Below are positions 32,043 to 47,431 of a DNA stretch of 64,000 nt, piece by piece (position 1 is the first letter of the stretch; each line of letters opens with the position of its first letter). The notes below the pieces were generated by a model. That model did not search any database and was not told the DNA's origin. It saw only the letters and a list, made by a program, of their open reading frames with translations. The stretch comes from the human T2T-CHM13v2.0 reference genome, Homo sapiens. Where the stretch lies: the NCBI RefSeq assembly GCF_009914755.1, contig NC_060934.1; one strand, 5' to 3'. The translations under genes and the position numbers were made by a program.

Positions 32043-32573
32043 AGACTGGGGGCCAAAGGCCCTTGGCCGCCTAAAGGTTTGCTAAAAATCAGTGGCATAG
32101 GCAGATTGATTAACAGGAGAAAAGGCATACAAATGTTCTCAACATGTATACATGGGAGCCTTCATAATGAAGAACCAATTTCCCAATGAGTTCCAGAAAT
32201 TTATATACCATTTAGAGGTTACAGAAAGAATGAGGACTTAGATTCTGGTAAAATAGGTTATGGGAAGGGGAGAAGAGGCTTGATTAGCAAAGGTGGCATT
32301 GTTACGTAGATGAAACCTCCAACAGAGACAATGGATGGTAAACGTTTCTTTTTAAACTTTTAAAGGCATCAGACTCTCAATCTCTCCTGGATATGGAGAA
32401 AGGCTCAGAAAGGTGAGGGGGCATGGCTGCATTAATGGAGACTCTCTACAGATGCAAATTTTCTCCACTTAAGAGTGCTTTGTAAGGCCAGTTCTGTCAG
32501 GTGGCTAAGAGAAAGCCATTTCAAAGTATATCAAAGAAATATATTTTGGGGTAAAATATTTTAATTTCCTCCA
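32043..32573 (-). mobile_element. MER34/MER39-like LTR
   Basis: Reverse complement starts ggaggaaattaaaatattttaccccaaaatatatttctttga. Confidence 0.75.
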
Positions 32574-33074
32574 AGACTATATAAAAGTAGAAGTTACTAA
32601 AAGGTTTTTATTGAATGGATAAAGAAACACAGTGGAATATATCATCATTCAAACTGGAAAGGAAGAAATATGAAATGTGCCTAAACCTGGAAAAGCAAAG
32701 ATTCTAAACCTCCCTTGGTTAAATAAGGAGCATAGAAAACACCCTCAGTTCTGATGCAGGTCTTTAACATCTACCTCAACTGCTTACACTATGACTATAA
32801 ATGCTTATTATAATGATAAAAGTCCACACAACTTACTTCTAAATAGCAAGTGGAATTTTGACCTAAAGATTGAATGCTCCATTTCTAGATAAGGGCTCTC
32901 ACTCAGGGGTCACTTCCTTTCAGACTGAGTTTCTTTCTAGGAACAGAGTCAGACCATAAAATATTTAAAGAGGTTTATTCCAAGTTAAATATGACAGACC
33001 AAGGCCCGAGACACAGGCTCAAGAGGTAGATCCTGAGAACATGCACCCAAGGTGGTTGGGTTACAACTTGGTTT

Positions 33075-33637
33075 TGTCAGATACACTAAGTTCCTCTTCA
33101 AAGGTTTAATTTTTGACCTCTTTGTTCTTTGTTCTTGAGATCAACTTCCTAGTCCCTTCTCCTAAGCTACCTGCTCCATAAACAACTTCTCCCGACAGTC
33201 CCAATCTGTAACTCATATCTCTTCCTTATTTGGAAGAAGTCCTCTTTGCTCCTGGCTACCCATTCTGTAAACTGCCTCTCCTGCCGAAACAGCTCTTCCT
33301 GCCAAAACTACCCTTCTGGCTTTGCTGTGCCCTGACATGCCCAAACATGCCTTGTACCATAACGGACAGCCTCTCCCTTCCCGCCTAATTAGCCATATTC
33401 AATTTTAATGGTAGCCAATTGTGTCACTTTGGATTGTGCAGTACAGCTCCAGCCAATGGGGACACAGAAGCAGGGAATAACTGCACTGGGGATAAAAACC
33501 CCTTCCCTCCTTTGTTCAGTGTCATCTCGCAGTGGCCAGAAGTGCAAGCAGCAGCCTTCCGAAGAAGTAAATTTGCCTTGTTGAGAAATCCTTTGAGTGC
33601 TTGTTTCCCGTGTGACTCCAAGCTCTTGTTTCTAACA
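33075..33637 (+). mobile_element. LTR10-family solo LTR
   Basis: tgtcagatacactaagttcctcttcaaag...agtaaatttgccttg...gctcttgtttctaaca; exact 4-bp TSD gttt. Confidence 0.8.
33333..33352. promoter_or_regulatory. p53-family response element
   Basis: tgacatgccc aaacatgcct matches RRRCWWGYYY x2 at 19 of 20 positions, no spacer, both cores CATG. Confidence 0.75.
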
Positions 33638-33675
33638 GTTTCTTTATGTTTTGGGGAGACATAAGACATCAATCA

Positions 33676-33773
33676 TGTTGGCCAGGCTGGTCTTGAACTC
33701 CTGGTCTCAAACAATCTGCCCGCCTGGGCCTCCCAAAATGCTGGGATTATTGGCGTGAGCCACCAAGTCCAGC
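33676..33773 (-). mobile_element. Alu left-arm fragment
   Basis: tgttggccaggctggtcttgaactcctg...gagccaccaagtccagcc; rest of the Alu is absent. Confidence 0.88.
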
Positions 33774-34329
33774 CATGCATACTTTTTTTAATAAATGAAC
33801 ACTTTTCCTCTATTCTAAGTGCAAACATTAGAATTGTTGCCTGAAATTTTGTTGCCTTCTCTAGTATGCACCACTGTATTCTTGACATGGTTTCATTTAA
33901 AATTCTCATTTGGCGTAATAAAAAAGAAATTTGACCAGAGGATTTTGAGCTTTTCTTGTACTTCTGTAACATTTTTGAAAAATGATTTGTTCTTCAGCTT
34001 AAGCCATAAGTTTTAAATGGGTGAGAGCATTTCCATCCATTTTTATTTATATTGCACTCTTTTACTGGACAGGATTAAAATGACAACCTCTGGCTCTTTT
34101 TTCTCTTTTGGAGATTTTTGAACTGTTCTGTTTGAATGAAACAGTTAAAGTCTAGTGGCCTTTCTATTTTGTCTAGGGCCTGCTCAGAGTTGATAAACAT
34201 TTCCAGATCTGAGCAGGAGAGGTAAGTTTTATCTATTCAGTGTTGCAGTCAAAAAGTTTATAAATAGCAGGTTCTTTATTGTTGGAATTCATGAAAATGC
34301 CACAGAGTGAACCCCAAAATTGGGGCTCA

Positions 34330-35441
<1,112 letters not shown>

Positions 35442-36491
35442 AAAAAGTAAAGGAATAAAAGGGTGGCTACCCCACAGGCAAAGTAGCAGTGTGGCTGCTT
35501 GGCTGACCATACTTATGGTTATTTCTTGATTATGTGCTAAGCAAGGGATGGATCATTCAGGAGTTTTCTGGGAAAGGGGCAGGGAATTCCGGGAACTGAG
35601 GGTCCCTTTCTCTTTCAGACCATATAGGGTAACTTATGAATGTTGCCATGGCATTTGTAAACTGTCATGGCACTGGTATGAGTTTCCTTTAGTATACTAA
35701 TGTATTATAATTAGCGTATAATGAAGAGCGAGGGTAACCAGATGGTACTTTTGTCACCATCTTGGTTTTGGCAGGTTTTGGCTGGCTTTTTTTTTTTTTT
35801 TCTATTTAATCAGCGGGGTCTTTGTGACCTGTGTCCTGAGAAACAACTCCTGCTGAATTCCTGTTTCAAACATATTATTTCTGTTCAATTATAAAAAAAT
35901 AAATTTTCAACTGGAGAATGCTGTTTATAGTTTGTATTGTTAAAACAATATATAAGCACAATGTTGGGAATTGACATTTCCAACATTGTGTTATATATTT
36001 GATGATATCATCAAAGATCCACATGCAACTGACTGTTTTCTTAGGCTCTAGAAGACAGAAATCTGGGATATTTCATTGAACTATATTGTTTTATCAAATT
36101 TTGATACACTTGATTAAAACAATGTATGTTTACACATTATTGAGGGGTTAATAGGATTATAGTTCTTGCCAGGCTTCTGTCTTGACTGGGTAGGTAAACA
36201 AGACTGTGGTTTTTCTATGTCTCCAATAACAAGAGTTTATTGAATATTTACTAAAAGATATTACAGGAGAATATTATGAATCTCCCAGGGTCCCAGAGTG
36301 TCATATGCACTTTTACATCCCCAGCTCCTGGCACAGGGCCTGACACAAAGTAGTACTTAGTGCTTTTCTTTTAAATTGCTTTGGACTAATTGAAGAAACA
36401 AAGAAGGCTTCTTCTCTCACAGTGTTTACAATCTTACTGTATGTAAATATGTACAAAACAAAGAGCTTGAGAACAATTAAAAGAAAAAGGA

Positions 36492-37064
<573 letters not shown>

Positions 37065-40000
37065 CTATCCTTCTGTGCATCAAGGTAAGTCTTACTACTA
37101 AAACTAAAACTCTAGAAATACATCTCTAAGTGGTGTGTGAACAGAAGTAGACTGGAGGGTCAAGACTATACCAAACATTAAAAAACTTTCAAGAAACCAA
37201 ATATGTTATTGCTTTTCAGTAAATAAATGTATTTGAATTACCAACAATGAACATAATGAAGGGAGGAGGTAGCATTTACTATTCACCTGTAAAGAAGCCT
37301 TTTAAAAACCAAGAGTTTGTAGCTTATTACCTCTTAAAGTGGATGTGTTGTTTTGCTTTTGCAAATAACGGCATAGTAACCAAATATTCGGGTTATCAAA
37401 TACCAGTGGCATTGAGTATTTCTTAAGAAAGTTGAGTAAATAAAGGGAGACAAGAAGGCTAGACATTAAATACCTTGTTATACTGAGGATTTCCAAAAGA
37501 ACAGAAATAAAAGTGTTAGCATCATAAACAATATACATAAAGCAATCTATATACCCAGAAAATATGCAAGATAACTCTGTGAGACATCCCTTATAATTAC
37601 TTGCAATTACTTCACTTGTTAAAAAGAAAGGTATTTATTTAGATAAGGAAATTCATACAAATAGTACAAAATTTTAAAGGTCCTGTCTCCCTAAACTTCC
37701 AGTAGCCTAGTACCACCATCTCCTTCCCCAGTTCTTGTAAATATTTTCAGAAATACTCTATGCATACTGAAACACATTTATGTGTGTATACATATACATA
37801 TATATACACAAATACATATGCATTATACATATGCTTTTAATGTTTTGAGTTTTTTTAGTTATGAAATATTATAAATATTCAGAAATTACGTAATATACTA
37901 GATAGCCTACGCTGACCCAGATTTTTAAAAGCTTAATATTTTTATATTTATTTCAAATATAAGTTTTTTAAGAAATAAAATGCTGGAGATACAGTTGAGT
38001 CCACCAAGAATCCTGTTTTCTTTCCCTTCCTTGAGGTTAACATTATCTTGAAATTGATGTATATACATACCATCCAAGTTCTTACATTTTTTGTTTTTAA
38101 AATGTTTGTGGGTACATAGTAGGTGTATATATTTATGAGGTGCATGAGATATTTGATACAGGCATGCAGTAAGTAATAATCACATCATGGGAAATGGGGT
38201 GTCCAGTCCCTCAAGCATTTATACTTTGTGTTACAAACAATCCAATTATATTCTTTTAGTAATTTTAAAATGTACAATTAAATTATTATTGATGATAGTC
38301 ACCCCTGTTGTGCTATCAAATACTAGGTCTTATTGATTCTTTCTAACTATATATTTTTTGATACCCAGTACCCATCTCCACCTTCCCCTGACCACCTACT
38401 ATCCTTCCAAACCTCTGGTAACTATCCTTCTACTCTCTATCTCCATGAGTTCATTTTTTTTTTTTTTTGACACCCACAAGTAAGTGAGAACATGAGAAGT
38501 TTGTCTTTCTGTGCCTCGCTTATTTCACTTAACATAATGACCTTCAGTTCCATCCATGTTGTTGCAGATGACAGGATCTCATTCTTTTTTAAGGCTGTGT
38601 AGTATCCCATTGTGTATATGTACCATTTTCTTTATGCAATCATCTGTTTGATGGACATTTAGGTTGCTTCCAAATCTTGGTTATTGTGAAGAGTGCTGCA
38701 ACAAACATGGGAGTGACAATATCTCTTTGATATCCTGATTTCATTTCTTTTGGGTATATACTCAGCAGTGGGATTGCTGGATTGTATGGTAGCTCTCTTT
38801 TTAGTCTTTTAAGGAACCTCCAAACTGTCCTCCATAGTGGTTGTACTAATTTACATTCCCACCAACAGTGTACAAGGATTCCCTTCTATCCATATCCTCA
38901 CCAACCTTTGTTATTGCTTATTTTTGGATATAAGCCATTTGAACTGGGGTGAGATGATACTGTAGTTTTGATTTGCAATCCTCTGATGATCAGTGATGTT
39001 GAATACTTTTTCATATGGCTGTTTGCCATTTGTATGTTTTCTTTTGAGAATGCTATTCAATTCTTTTGCCCATTTTTTGATCAGATTATTAGATTTTTTT
39101 CTATATAGTCATTTGAGCTCCTTATATATTCTGGTTATTAATCCCCTGTCAGATGGATAGTTTGCAAATATTTTTTCTCATCCTGTGGGTTGTCTCTTCA
39201 ATTTGTGGTTTCCTTCACTGTGCTGAAGCTTTTTAACTTGCTGTGATCCCATTTGTCCATTTTTGCTTTGGTTTCCTGTGCTTGTGGGCTATTAAGAAAT
39301 TTTTGTTCAGACCAATATCCTAGAGATTTTCCCCAACCTTTTCTTGTAGTCGTTTCATAGTTTGAGGTCTTAGATTTAAGTCTTTAATCCATTTGATATG
39401 ATTTTTGTATAATGTGAGAGATAGGGGTCAAGTTTCATAGTTTCATTCTTCTGCATGTGGATATCCAGTTTTCCCAGTATTATTTATTAAAGAAGGTATA
39501 CTTTCTCCAATGTATGTTCTTGGCACCTTCGTCAAAAATGAGTTCACTGCAGGTGTATGGATTTATTTCTGGGTTCCCTATTCTGTTCCATTTATCTATG
39601 TGTCTGTTTGTATGCCAGTACAATGCTGTTTGGATTAGTATACCTCTGTAACATAATTTGAAGTCTGGTAATATGATTCCCCCAGTTTTTTTTCTTTTTT
39701 CTCAGGATAGCTTTGGCTACTCTGGGTCTTTTGTGATTCCATACACGTTTTAGGATTGTTTTTCTATTTCTGTGAAGAATGTCATTGGTATTTTGATAGG
39801 AATCACATTGAATCTGTAGATTGCTTTGGGTACTATGGACATTTTAACAATATTGATTCTTCCAATCCATGAACATGGAATACCTTTCTATTTTGTGTCT
39901 TCAATTTCTTTCATCAGTGTTTTTAGTTTTCACTATACAGATCTTACACTTACTTGGTGAATTCTTAGGTATTCAATTTCATTTGTGGTTACTGTAAATT

Positions 40001-41589
40001 AGATTACATTTTTTATTTCTTTTTCAGGTTGTTCATTGTTGGCATATAGAATTGGTACTGATTTTTATATGTGGATTTTGTATCCTGTAACTTTATCGAA
40101 TTTATCAGTTCTAATAGTTTTTTGGTGGAGTCTTCAGGTTTTTCCAAATATAAAATCATATTATCTGCAAATAAGGATAATTTGACTTCTTACTTTCCAA
40201 TTTGGATGCTCTTTATTTCTATTTTCTGGTTGCTTTAGCTAGCACTTTGAGAACTATGTTGAATAACAGTGGTAAAAGTGGACACATCTTTGTTGCATTC
40301 CAGATCTTAGAGGAAAGGTTTTCAGCTTTTCCTCATTCAGTATGATACTAACTGTAGGTCTGTCATATATGGTTTTTATTATGTTGATGTGTGTTCCTTC
40401 TATACCAACTCTTTTGAGGGTTTTTATCATGAAGAATGTTGAATTTTGTCAAATGCTTTTCAGCATGAATTAAAATGATCATGTGGTTTTTGTGCTTTAT
40501 TCTGTTGATGTGATGTATCACATTAATTGATTTATGTATTTTGAACCATCTTTGCATCCCTGGGATAAATCCCACTTGGTCATGATGAATGATCTTGTTA
40601 ATGTTTTATTGAATTTGATTTGCTAGTATTTTGTGAAGGATTTTTTCATCAATATTCATCAGAGTTATAGGCTTGTGGTTTTCTTTTTTGATGTGTCTTT
40701 GTCTAGTTGTAGTATGAAGGTAATACTCACCTCAAAGAATGAGTTTTGAAGTGGTCCCTTCTCTTCTATTTTTCAGAATAGTTTCAGTAGGATTGGTATT
40801 AGTTCTTTAAATGTTTGGTAGAATTCAGTAGTGAAGCCGTCAGGTCCTGCGCTTTTCTTTACTGGGAGACATTTTATTACAGTTTCAATTTCAGTACTTG
40901 TTATTGGTCTGTTCAGGTTTTGGATTTCTTCATGATTCAATCTTGGTAGGTTGCATGTATCTAGGAATTTATCCTTTTCCTCTCGATTTTCCAATTTGTT
41001 GGCATACACTTGTTCATAGTAGCCACTAATGATTCTTTCAATTTTTGTGGTACCAGTTGTAATGTCTGCTTTTTCACCTGTGATTTTATTTGGGTCTTTT
41101 TTTCTTAGTTTGGGTAATGTTGTCTTCAAAAAACCAACTTCTGTTTTATTGATCTTCTGTATTGCTTTTTTCACTTTAAATTCATTTACTTGTGTTCTGA
41201 TCTTTATTATTTTGTTTCTTCTAATTTGGGGCTTGGCTTGCTCTTGATTTTCTAGTTCTCTAAAATGCATTATTAAGTTATTTGAAGTTTTTTTTCTATT
41301 TTGATGTAAGCACTTATAGCTATAAATTTCCCTCTTAATACTGCTTTCACTGTATTGCATAGGTTTTGGTATATTGTGTTTCCGTTATCACTTGTTTCAT
41401 GAAAATTTTTAATTTCCTTCTTAATTTCTTCATTGACCCACTGGTCATTCAAGAGCATATTGCTTAATTTCCATGTGTTTGTATAGTTTCCAAAATTTCT
41501 CTTGTTATTGATTTCTAGCTTTACTCCATTGTGGGCAGAGAAGATGCTTGATATTATTTCAATTTTTTGAAAATTTTAAGATTTATTTT

Positions 41590-41878
41590 GGCCAGGTACA
41601 GTGGCTCACACCTGTAATCCTAGCTCTTTGGTAGGCAGACACAGGTCAATTGCTTGAGTCCAGGAGTTTGATACTAGTCTGGGTGAAATGGTAAAACCTT
41701 ATATCTGCAAAAAAGACAAAAACTAGTCAGGTGTCATGGCATGCAACTGTAGTCCCAGATACTTAGGATGCTAATGTGGGAGGATTGCTTAAGCCCAAGA
41801 GGTCAAGGCTGCAGTGAGTTGTGATCATGCCACTGCACCCCAGCCTAGGTGACAGAGACTCTGTCTCGAAAAAAAAAA
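41590..41878 (+). mobile_element. AluJ inside L1MA
   Basis: Diverged dimer with AluJ features (ggattgcttaagccc...aggctgcagtgag). Confidence 0.9.
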
Positions 41879-43041
41879 GACTTGCCTTGTGTGTTTTATG
41901 ACCTGAAATATGTTCACATATGTTCTATCTTTAAGAATAATCTATGTGCTCAGAAGAAGAATGTGGATTCTCCAGCCATTGAATGAAATGTTCTGCAAGT
42001 ATCTATTAGATCCATTTGTTCTGTAGTACAGAAGTCTAATGTTTCTTTGTTGATTTTTTGTCTGGAAGACCTGTCTGATGCTAAAAGTGGGATGCTGAAG
42101 TGGGATGCTATTATTGATGGTATTAAGCTCCATTTCTGTCTTTAGTCTAATAATATTTGCCTTATGTATCTTGGTGCTCCAGTGTTGGCTGCATATATAA
42201 TTACAGTTCTTGTATCTTGGTAAACTGACCTCTTTCTCTTCTTATAGATTTGTTTTGAAATCTATTTTGTCTGATATATGTATAGCTACTTCTGATTTTC
42301 TTTTTTTTTTTCTTTTTGGTTTTCATTGATGTGGAATATCTTTTTCCATCCCTTCCAATCTATGTGTATATTTATAGATCAAGTGGTGTGTTTCTTGTAG
42401 GCAACAGATTATTGGGTCTTGCTTTTTCATCCATTCAGCCCTCTGAATCTTTTCATTAGAGGGTTTAGTCCATTTATATTCAATGTTATTATTGATAAGT
42501 AAGGACTTACTCATGCAATTTCGTTATTTGTTTTCTGGGTTTTTGTTGGTGGTGGTGGTGTTCTCATCCTTCTCTCCTTCCTTTCTATCTTCTTTTTATC
42601 AAAGGTGATTGGTGGTATGACTTAATTTCTTGCTTTTTATTTTTTATGTATCCATTATGTTTTTCAATTTGAAGTTACCATGAGGCTTGCAAATACTATT
42701 TTATAACCCATGATTGTAAGCTGATAAAAACTTAACACTGTATACATAAACAAAAAGAAAACTAATAAGAACTCTAAATTTTACTTTGTACCCTGCTTTT
42801 TAGCTTTTTGTTGTTTTTGTTTATATCTTCTTGTACTATGTCTTAAAAAGTTGTAGTTATTACCTTTGAGTGGTTCATCTTTTAGTCTTTCTATTTAGGA
42901 TAAGAGTAGTTTAAACAACATAGTTACAGTGTTATAATATTCTCTATTTTTCTGTGTATCATTATTACCAGTGTGTTTTGTGCCTTTAGGTTTGCTCACT
43001 AACGTTCCTTTTTTTAAATTTGTGCTAAAGTACTACTCTTT

Positions 43042-44112
43042 ATTTTTTTTTCCATAAGTTATTGGGGTACAGGTGGTATTTGGTTTCACGAGTAAGATCT
43101 TTAGTGGCAATTTGTCAGATTTTGGTGCACCCATCACCCAAGCAGTATACGCTGTACCCCATTGTAGTCTTTTATTCCTCACCTGAGCAGTATACACTGC
43201 AGCTTATTTGTAGTCTTTTATCCCTTGCCCCCCTCCCAGTCTTCCCCCTAAGTCCCCAAAGTCCATTGTATCATAGCTTAGTTCCCACATATCAGTGAGA
43301 ACATATGATGTTTGGTTTTCCATTCCTGAGTTACTTCACTTAGAATAACAGTCTCCAATCTCATCCAGGTCACTGCAAATGCCATTAATTCATCCCTTTT
43401 TATGGCTTAGTAGTATTCCATCATATAAATATACCAGTTTCGTTATCCACTTGTTGATTGATGGCCATTTTGGTTGGTTCCACCATTTTGCAATTGCGAA
43501 CTGTGCTGCTATAAGCATGCATGTGCAAGTATCTTTTTCATATGTTTTCTTTCCCTCTGGGTAGATACCCAGTATTGGGATTGCTGAATTAAATGTTAGT
43601 TTTACTTTTAGTTCTTTAAGGAATCTCCACACTGTTTTCTATAGTGGGTTTACTAGTTTACATTCCCACCAGCAATGTAGAAGTGTTCCCTGTCCACTGC
43701 ATCCATGCCAACATCTGTTTTTTGATTTTTTTATTGTGGCCATTCTTGCAGGAGTAAGGTGGCATTGCACTGTGGTTTTGATTTGCATTTCCAAGATTAT
43801 TAGTGATGTTGGGAATTTTTTCATATGTTTCTTGGCCTTTTGTGTATCTTCTTTTGAGAATTGTCTATTCCTGTTCTTAGCCCACTTTTTGATGGGATTG
43901 TTTTTTCCTTACTGATTTGTTTGAGTTCCTTGTAGATTCCAGATATTAGCCCTTTGTCAGATATATAGAGTGTGAAGATTTTCTCTCACTCTGTGGGTTG
44001 TCTGTTTACTCCGCTGACTGTTCCTTTTGCCATGCAAAAGCTCTTTAATTTAATTAAGTCCCAACTATTTATCTTTGTTTTTAATACATTTGTTTTTGGG
44101 TTCTTGGTCATG
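43042..44112 (-). mobile_element. 5'-truncated L1PB1-like element (3' part of a U6-L1 chimera)
   Basis: 3' end ccataagttattggggtacaggtggtatttgg; ORF2 C-terminal fragments at 43390-43824. Confidence 0.88.
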
Positions 44113-44220
44113 AAAAAATACGGAATGCTTCACGAATTTGCATGTCATCCTTGCACAGGGGCCATGCTAATCTTCTCTGTATCATTCCAATTTTAGTATA
44201 TGTGCTACAGAAACAAGCAT
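44113..44220 (-). pseudogene. RNU6: U6 snRNA retro-pseudogene, full length
   Basis: Minus strand atgcttgtttctgtagcacatatactaaaattggaatgatacagagaagattagcatggcccctgtgcaaggatgacatgcaaattcgtgaagcattccgtatttttt; about 10 mismatches to U6; ACAGAGA box and AGC retained. Confidence 0.97.
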
Positions 44221-47049
44221 GTTCTTTTCTAATTGAATTAATCCCTGTAGCCCTTCTTGTAGAACAGGCCTGGTGTTGATGAAATCTTTCAGCTTTTCTT
44301 TGTCTGGGAAAGTCTTTATTTCTCCTTCATGCTTAAAGGATATTTTCACCAGACATACTATTCTAGTGTAAAAAATTTTTCCTTCCACACTTTAGATATA
44401 TCATGTCACTCTCTCTGGCCTGTAAAGATTTCCACTCTAAAGTCTGCTTCCAGATGTATTGGAGCTCCATTGTATCTTATTTCTTTTCTGTTGCTGCTAT
44501 TAGGATCCCTTCATTATTTTTGACCTTTGAGAGTTTATTAAATGCTTGTAGTAGTCTTCTTTGGGTTAAATCTGCTTGGTGTTCTATAATCTTCTGGTAC
44601 TGGTATCTTTCTCTGGGTTTGGGACATTCTCCGATATTATCTCTTTGAATAAAGTTTCTACCCCCTTCTCTTTCTCTGCCTCCTCTTGAAGGCCAATAAC
44701 TCTTAGATTTGCACTGTTGAGGCTATTTTCTAGATCCTGTAGCTATGCTTTACTTTTTTTGTCTCCTCTGTGTATTTTCAAATAGCTTGCCTTCAAGCTC
44801 ACTAATTCTTTCTTCTCCTTCATCAATTCTGATATTAAGAGATTCTGATGCATTCTTCGGTATGTCAGCTTCATTTTTCAACTCTATAATTTCTACTTGA
44901 TTCTTTTTAATAATTTCAACCTCTTTGTTAAATTTATCTGATTGAATCCTGAATTCTTTCTTTGTGTTATCTTAAATTTCTTTGTGCTTTCTCAGCATAG
45001 CTATTTTGAATTCTCTGTCTGAAAGGTCATACCTATCTGTTTCTCCAGGATTGGTCCCTAGTACCTTATTCAATTCATTTGGTGAGGTCATATTTTCTTG
45101 GATGATCTTGATGCTTGTAGATGATCACCATTGTCTCGGCATTGAGTAATTAGGCAGTTATTGCAGATGTCACAGTCTGAGCTTATTTGTACCCAACCTT
45201 CTTGAGAAGGCATTCCAGTTATTCAAAGGGACTTGGGCCCCAAAACCAACAATGCTGTGGTTCTTGCAGACTCATAGAGTTACTGCCTTGGTAGTCTTGG
45301 ATAAGATTTGGAAGAATTCTCTGGGTTACCAGGCACAGACATTTTTATTTTCCCTTACTTTTTCCCAAACAAAGTCTCTCTTTCTTTGTGCTGGGCCTCC
45401 TGGAACTCGGGGTGGGGAAACACAAGCACCTTTGTGGCCACCACCACTGAGACTGTTTTAGTTCAGACCTGAAGCCAGCACAGCACTAGTCTCACACAAG
45501 GCCCACTGTAACAACTACCTGCCTAAGTTTGCTCAAGGCCCTACGGCTCTACAATCAGCAGGTGGCAAAGCCAGCCAGGTTTGTGTCCTTCCCTTCAGTG
45601 CAATGAGTTCCCCCAGGCCCCAGGTGGGTTCAGAGATGCTGTCTGGAGCCAGGGATTGAAGTCAAAACCTTTAGAAATTTACCTGGTGTCCTAGTCTACT
45701 GTAGCTAAGCTGGCACTCACATCACAAGACAAAGCCCTTCTCACTCTTCCCTCTCAAAGCCCAAGTGCTCTTCAGTCAGCTTGTGATGCGTGCTGCCAGA
45801 CCTGAGACTCACCCTTCAGGGCAGTGGGCTCTCCTCTGGCCCAGGCAGGTCCAGAAAAGCTGACCAAGAGCCTAGACCTGGATTCGAAGACCCCAAGAGC
45901 CTGCTTGGTGCTCATCCCCACTGTGGTTGAGCTGGCATCTAATGTGCAAGACAGAGTGCCCTTTACTTTCCTCTCTCCTTTTCTTTAACAGAAAGAGTCT
46001 TTCGTCATAGCCACCACAGCTGGGAATGCGCTGGGTCATATGTGAAGCCAACAGGCCTGAGAATCCAGTGCTTACAGTGTATTACCTGGGTATTACTGTT
46101 GGTTATTCAAGGTGCAGGGGCTCTGTAGTCAGCAGATGATGAATCCTGCCAGGTGACACGGCAGCACTGAGTTCAACGTAAAGTCCCCAGTCACTGTGCT
46201 CTTCCTCTCCCAAGTGTGCAATTTCTCTGTGCCATGTGGCTGCTGCCAGAGGGTGGCAGAGGATTGGCACAAGCACTCCCTTAGCTCCCCTGGCTGGTGT
46301 CTCAATAGGTCTCATGCTTCCCCAGTCCACTGGGTTCAGCACTATATCTTCCCTAGAAATTGCAGTCCATGTGGCCTAGACTATACCTCAAGTTCACTTA
46401 GGGCCCCCTGAACACTAAAACCTGCGGTGGCAAGGCTTGCCAGAACTCAAGCCCTAACCTCTGGGATGAGTGATTCCTCTCTGGCTAGGGCCAGTCCAAA
46501 TTCTTCCTCCATAGGTGGACATCAGCTGAGCACAGCTTGGTTCTGCTCTTCATTGTGACAGGGCAACACCAAGATCAATGCAAAGCCTCACAATCGCTGC
46601 GCTCTCCCTCTCCCAAGAGCACAGATTCTCCATCACCACTGCAAGGGGATAGGGGAGGGGTGGTGTAGGCAATGCAAGACTGTCTTTCCTGCCCTTTTCA
46701 ATGACTCTTTCAGCGATATAAAGTTAAAACCAGGTATTGTGATTGCTCACCTTTTTTGGCTCTTATAATGGTGCTTTTCATGTGTAGTTAGTTGTTAAAA
46801 TTTGGTGTTCCTGTAGGGTGGGGGATGAATAGTGTAGACTTCTACTCAGCTGTATTGCTCTATACTCCTTGTTCAATTGTTCTTATATTTTCAGCATTTT
46901 AAAATATTGGTATGACAAGTGAAATACCACCATCATAAAAATCAAAAGTAGGTTGCAGTTATCATTTGGCCAGGTGCCTGACAGCAAGAAAACAACATTG
47001 TAGACTAAGAAACAAGTGGCTTTTGGTGTGCTATAGTTAAGACATTTGG

Positions 47050-47431
<382 letters not shown>

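Larger units (their letters stand above)
32930..33675 (-). mobile_element. MER4-like LTR 3' fragment split by LTR10
   Basis: aaaatatttaaagaggtttatt...cctgagaacatgcacccaaggtggttggg, resuming as gggagacataagacatcaatc. Confidence 0.75.
38091..46878 (-). mobile_element. Near full-length old L1 (L1MA2/3-like)
   Basis: L1MA 3' end tgtgggtacatagtaggtgtatatatttat; ORF2 remnants (e.g. 40773-41360), ORF1 remnant 44221-45000, long 5' UTR; TSD gttcttacatttt (38078-38090) / gttcttatatttt (46879-46891). Confidence 0.9.

Noticed and set aside
35641-35655. RFX X-box-like gttgccatggcatt
   Set aside because: Imperfect and part of the normal MER66-type sequence; nothing locus-specific
44113-44220. Functional U6 gene
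   Set aside because: 5' stem mutated, CpG decay, upstream sequence is L1MA with no recognisable PSE/TATA, and it is fused to L1
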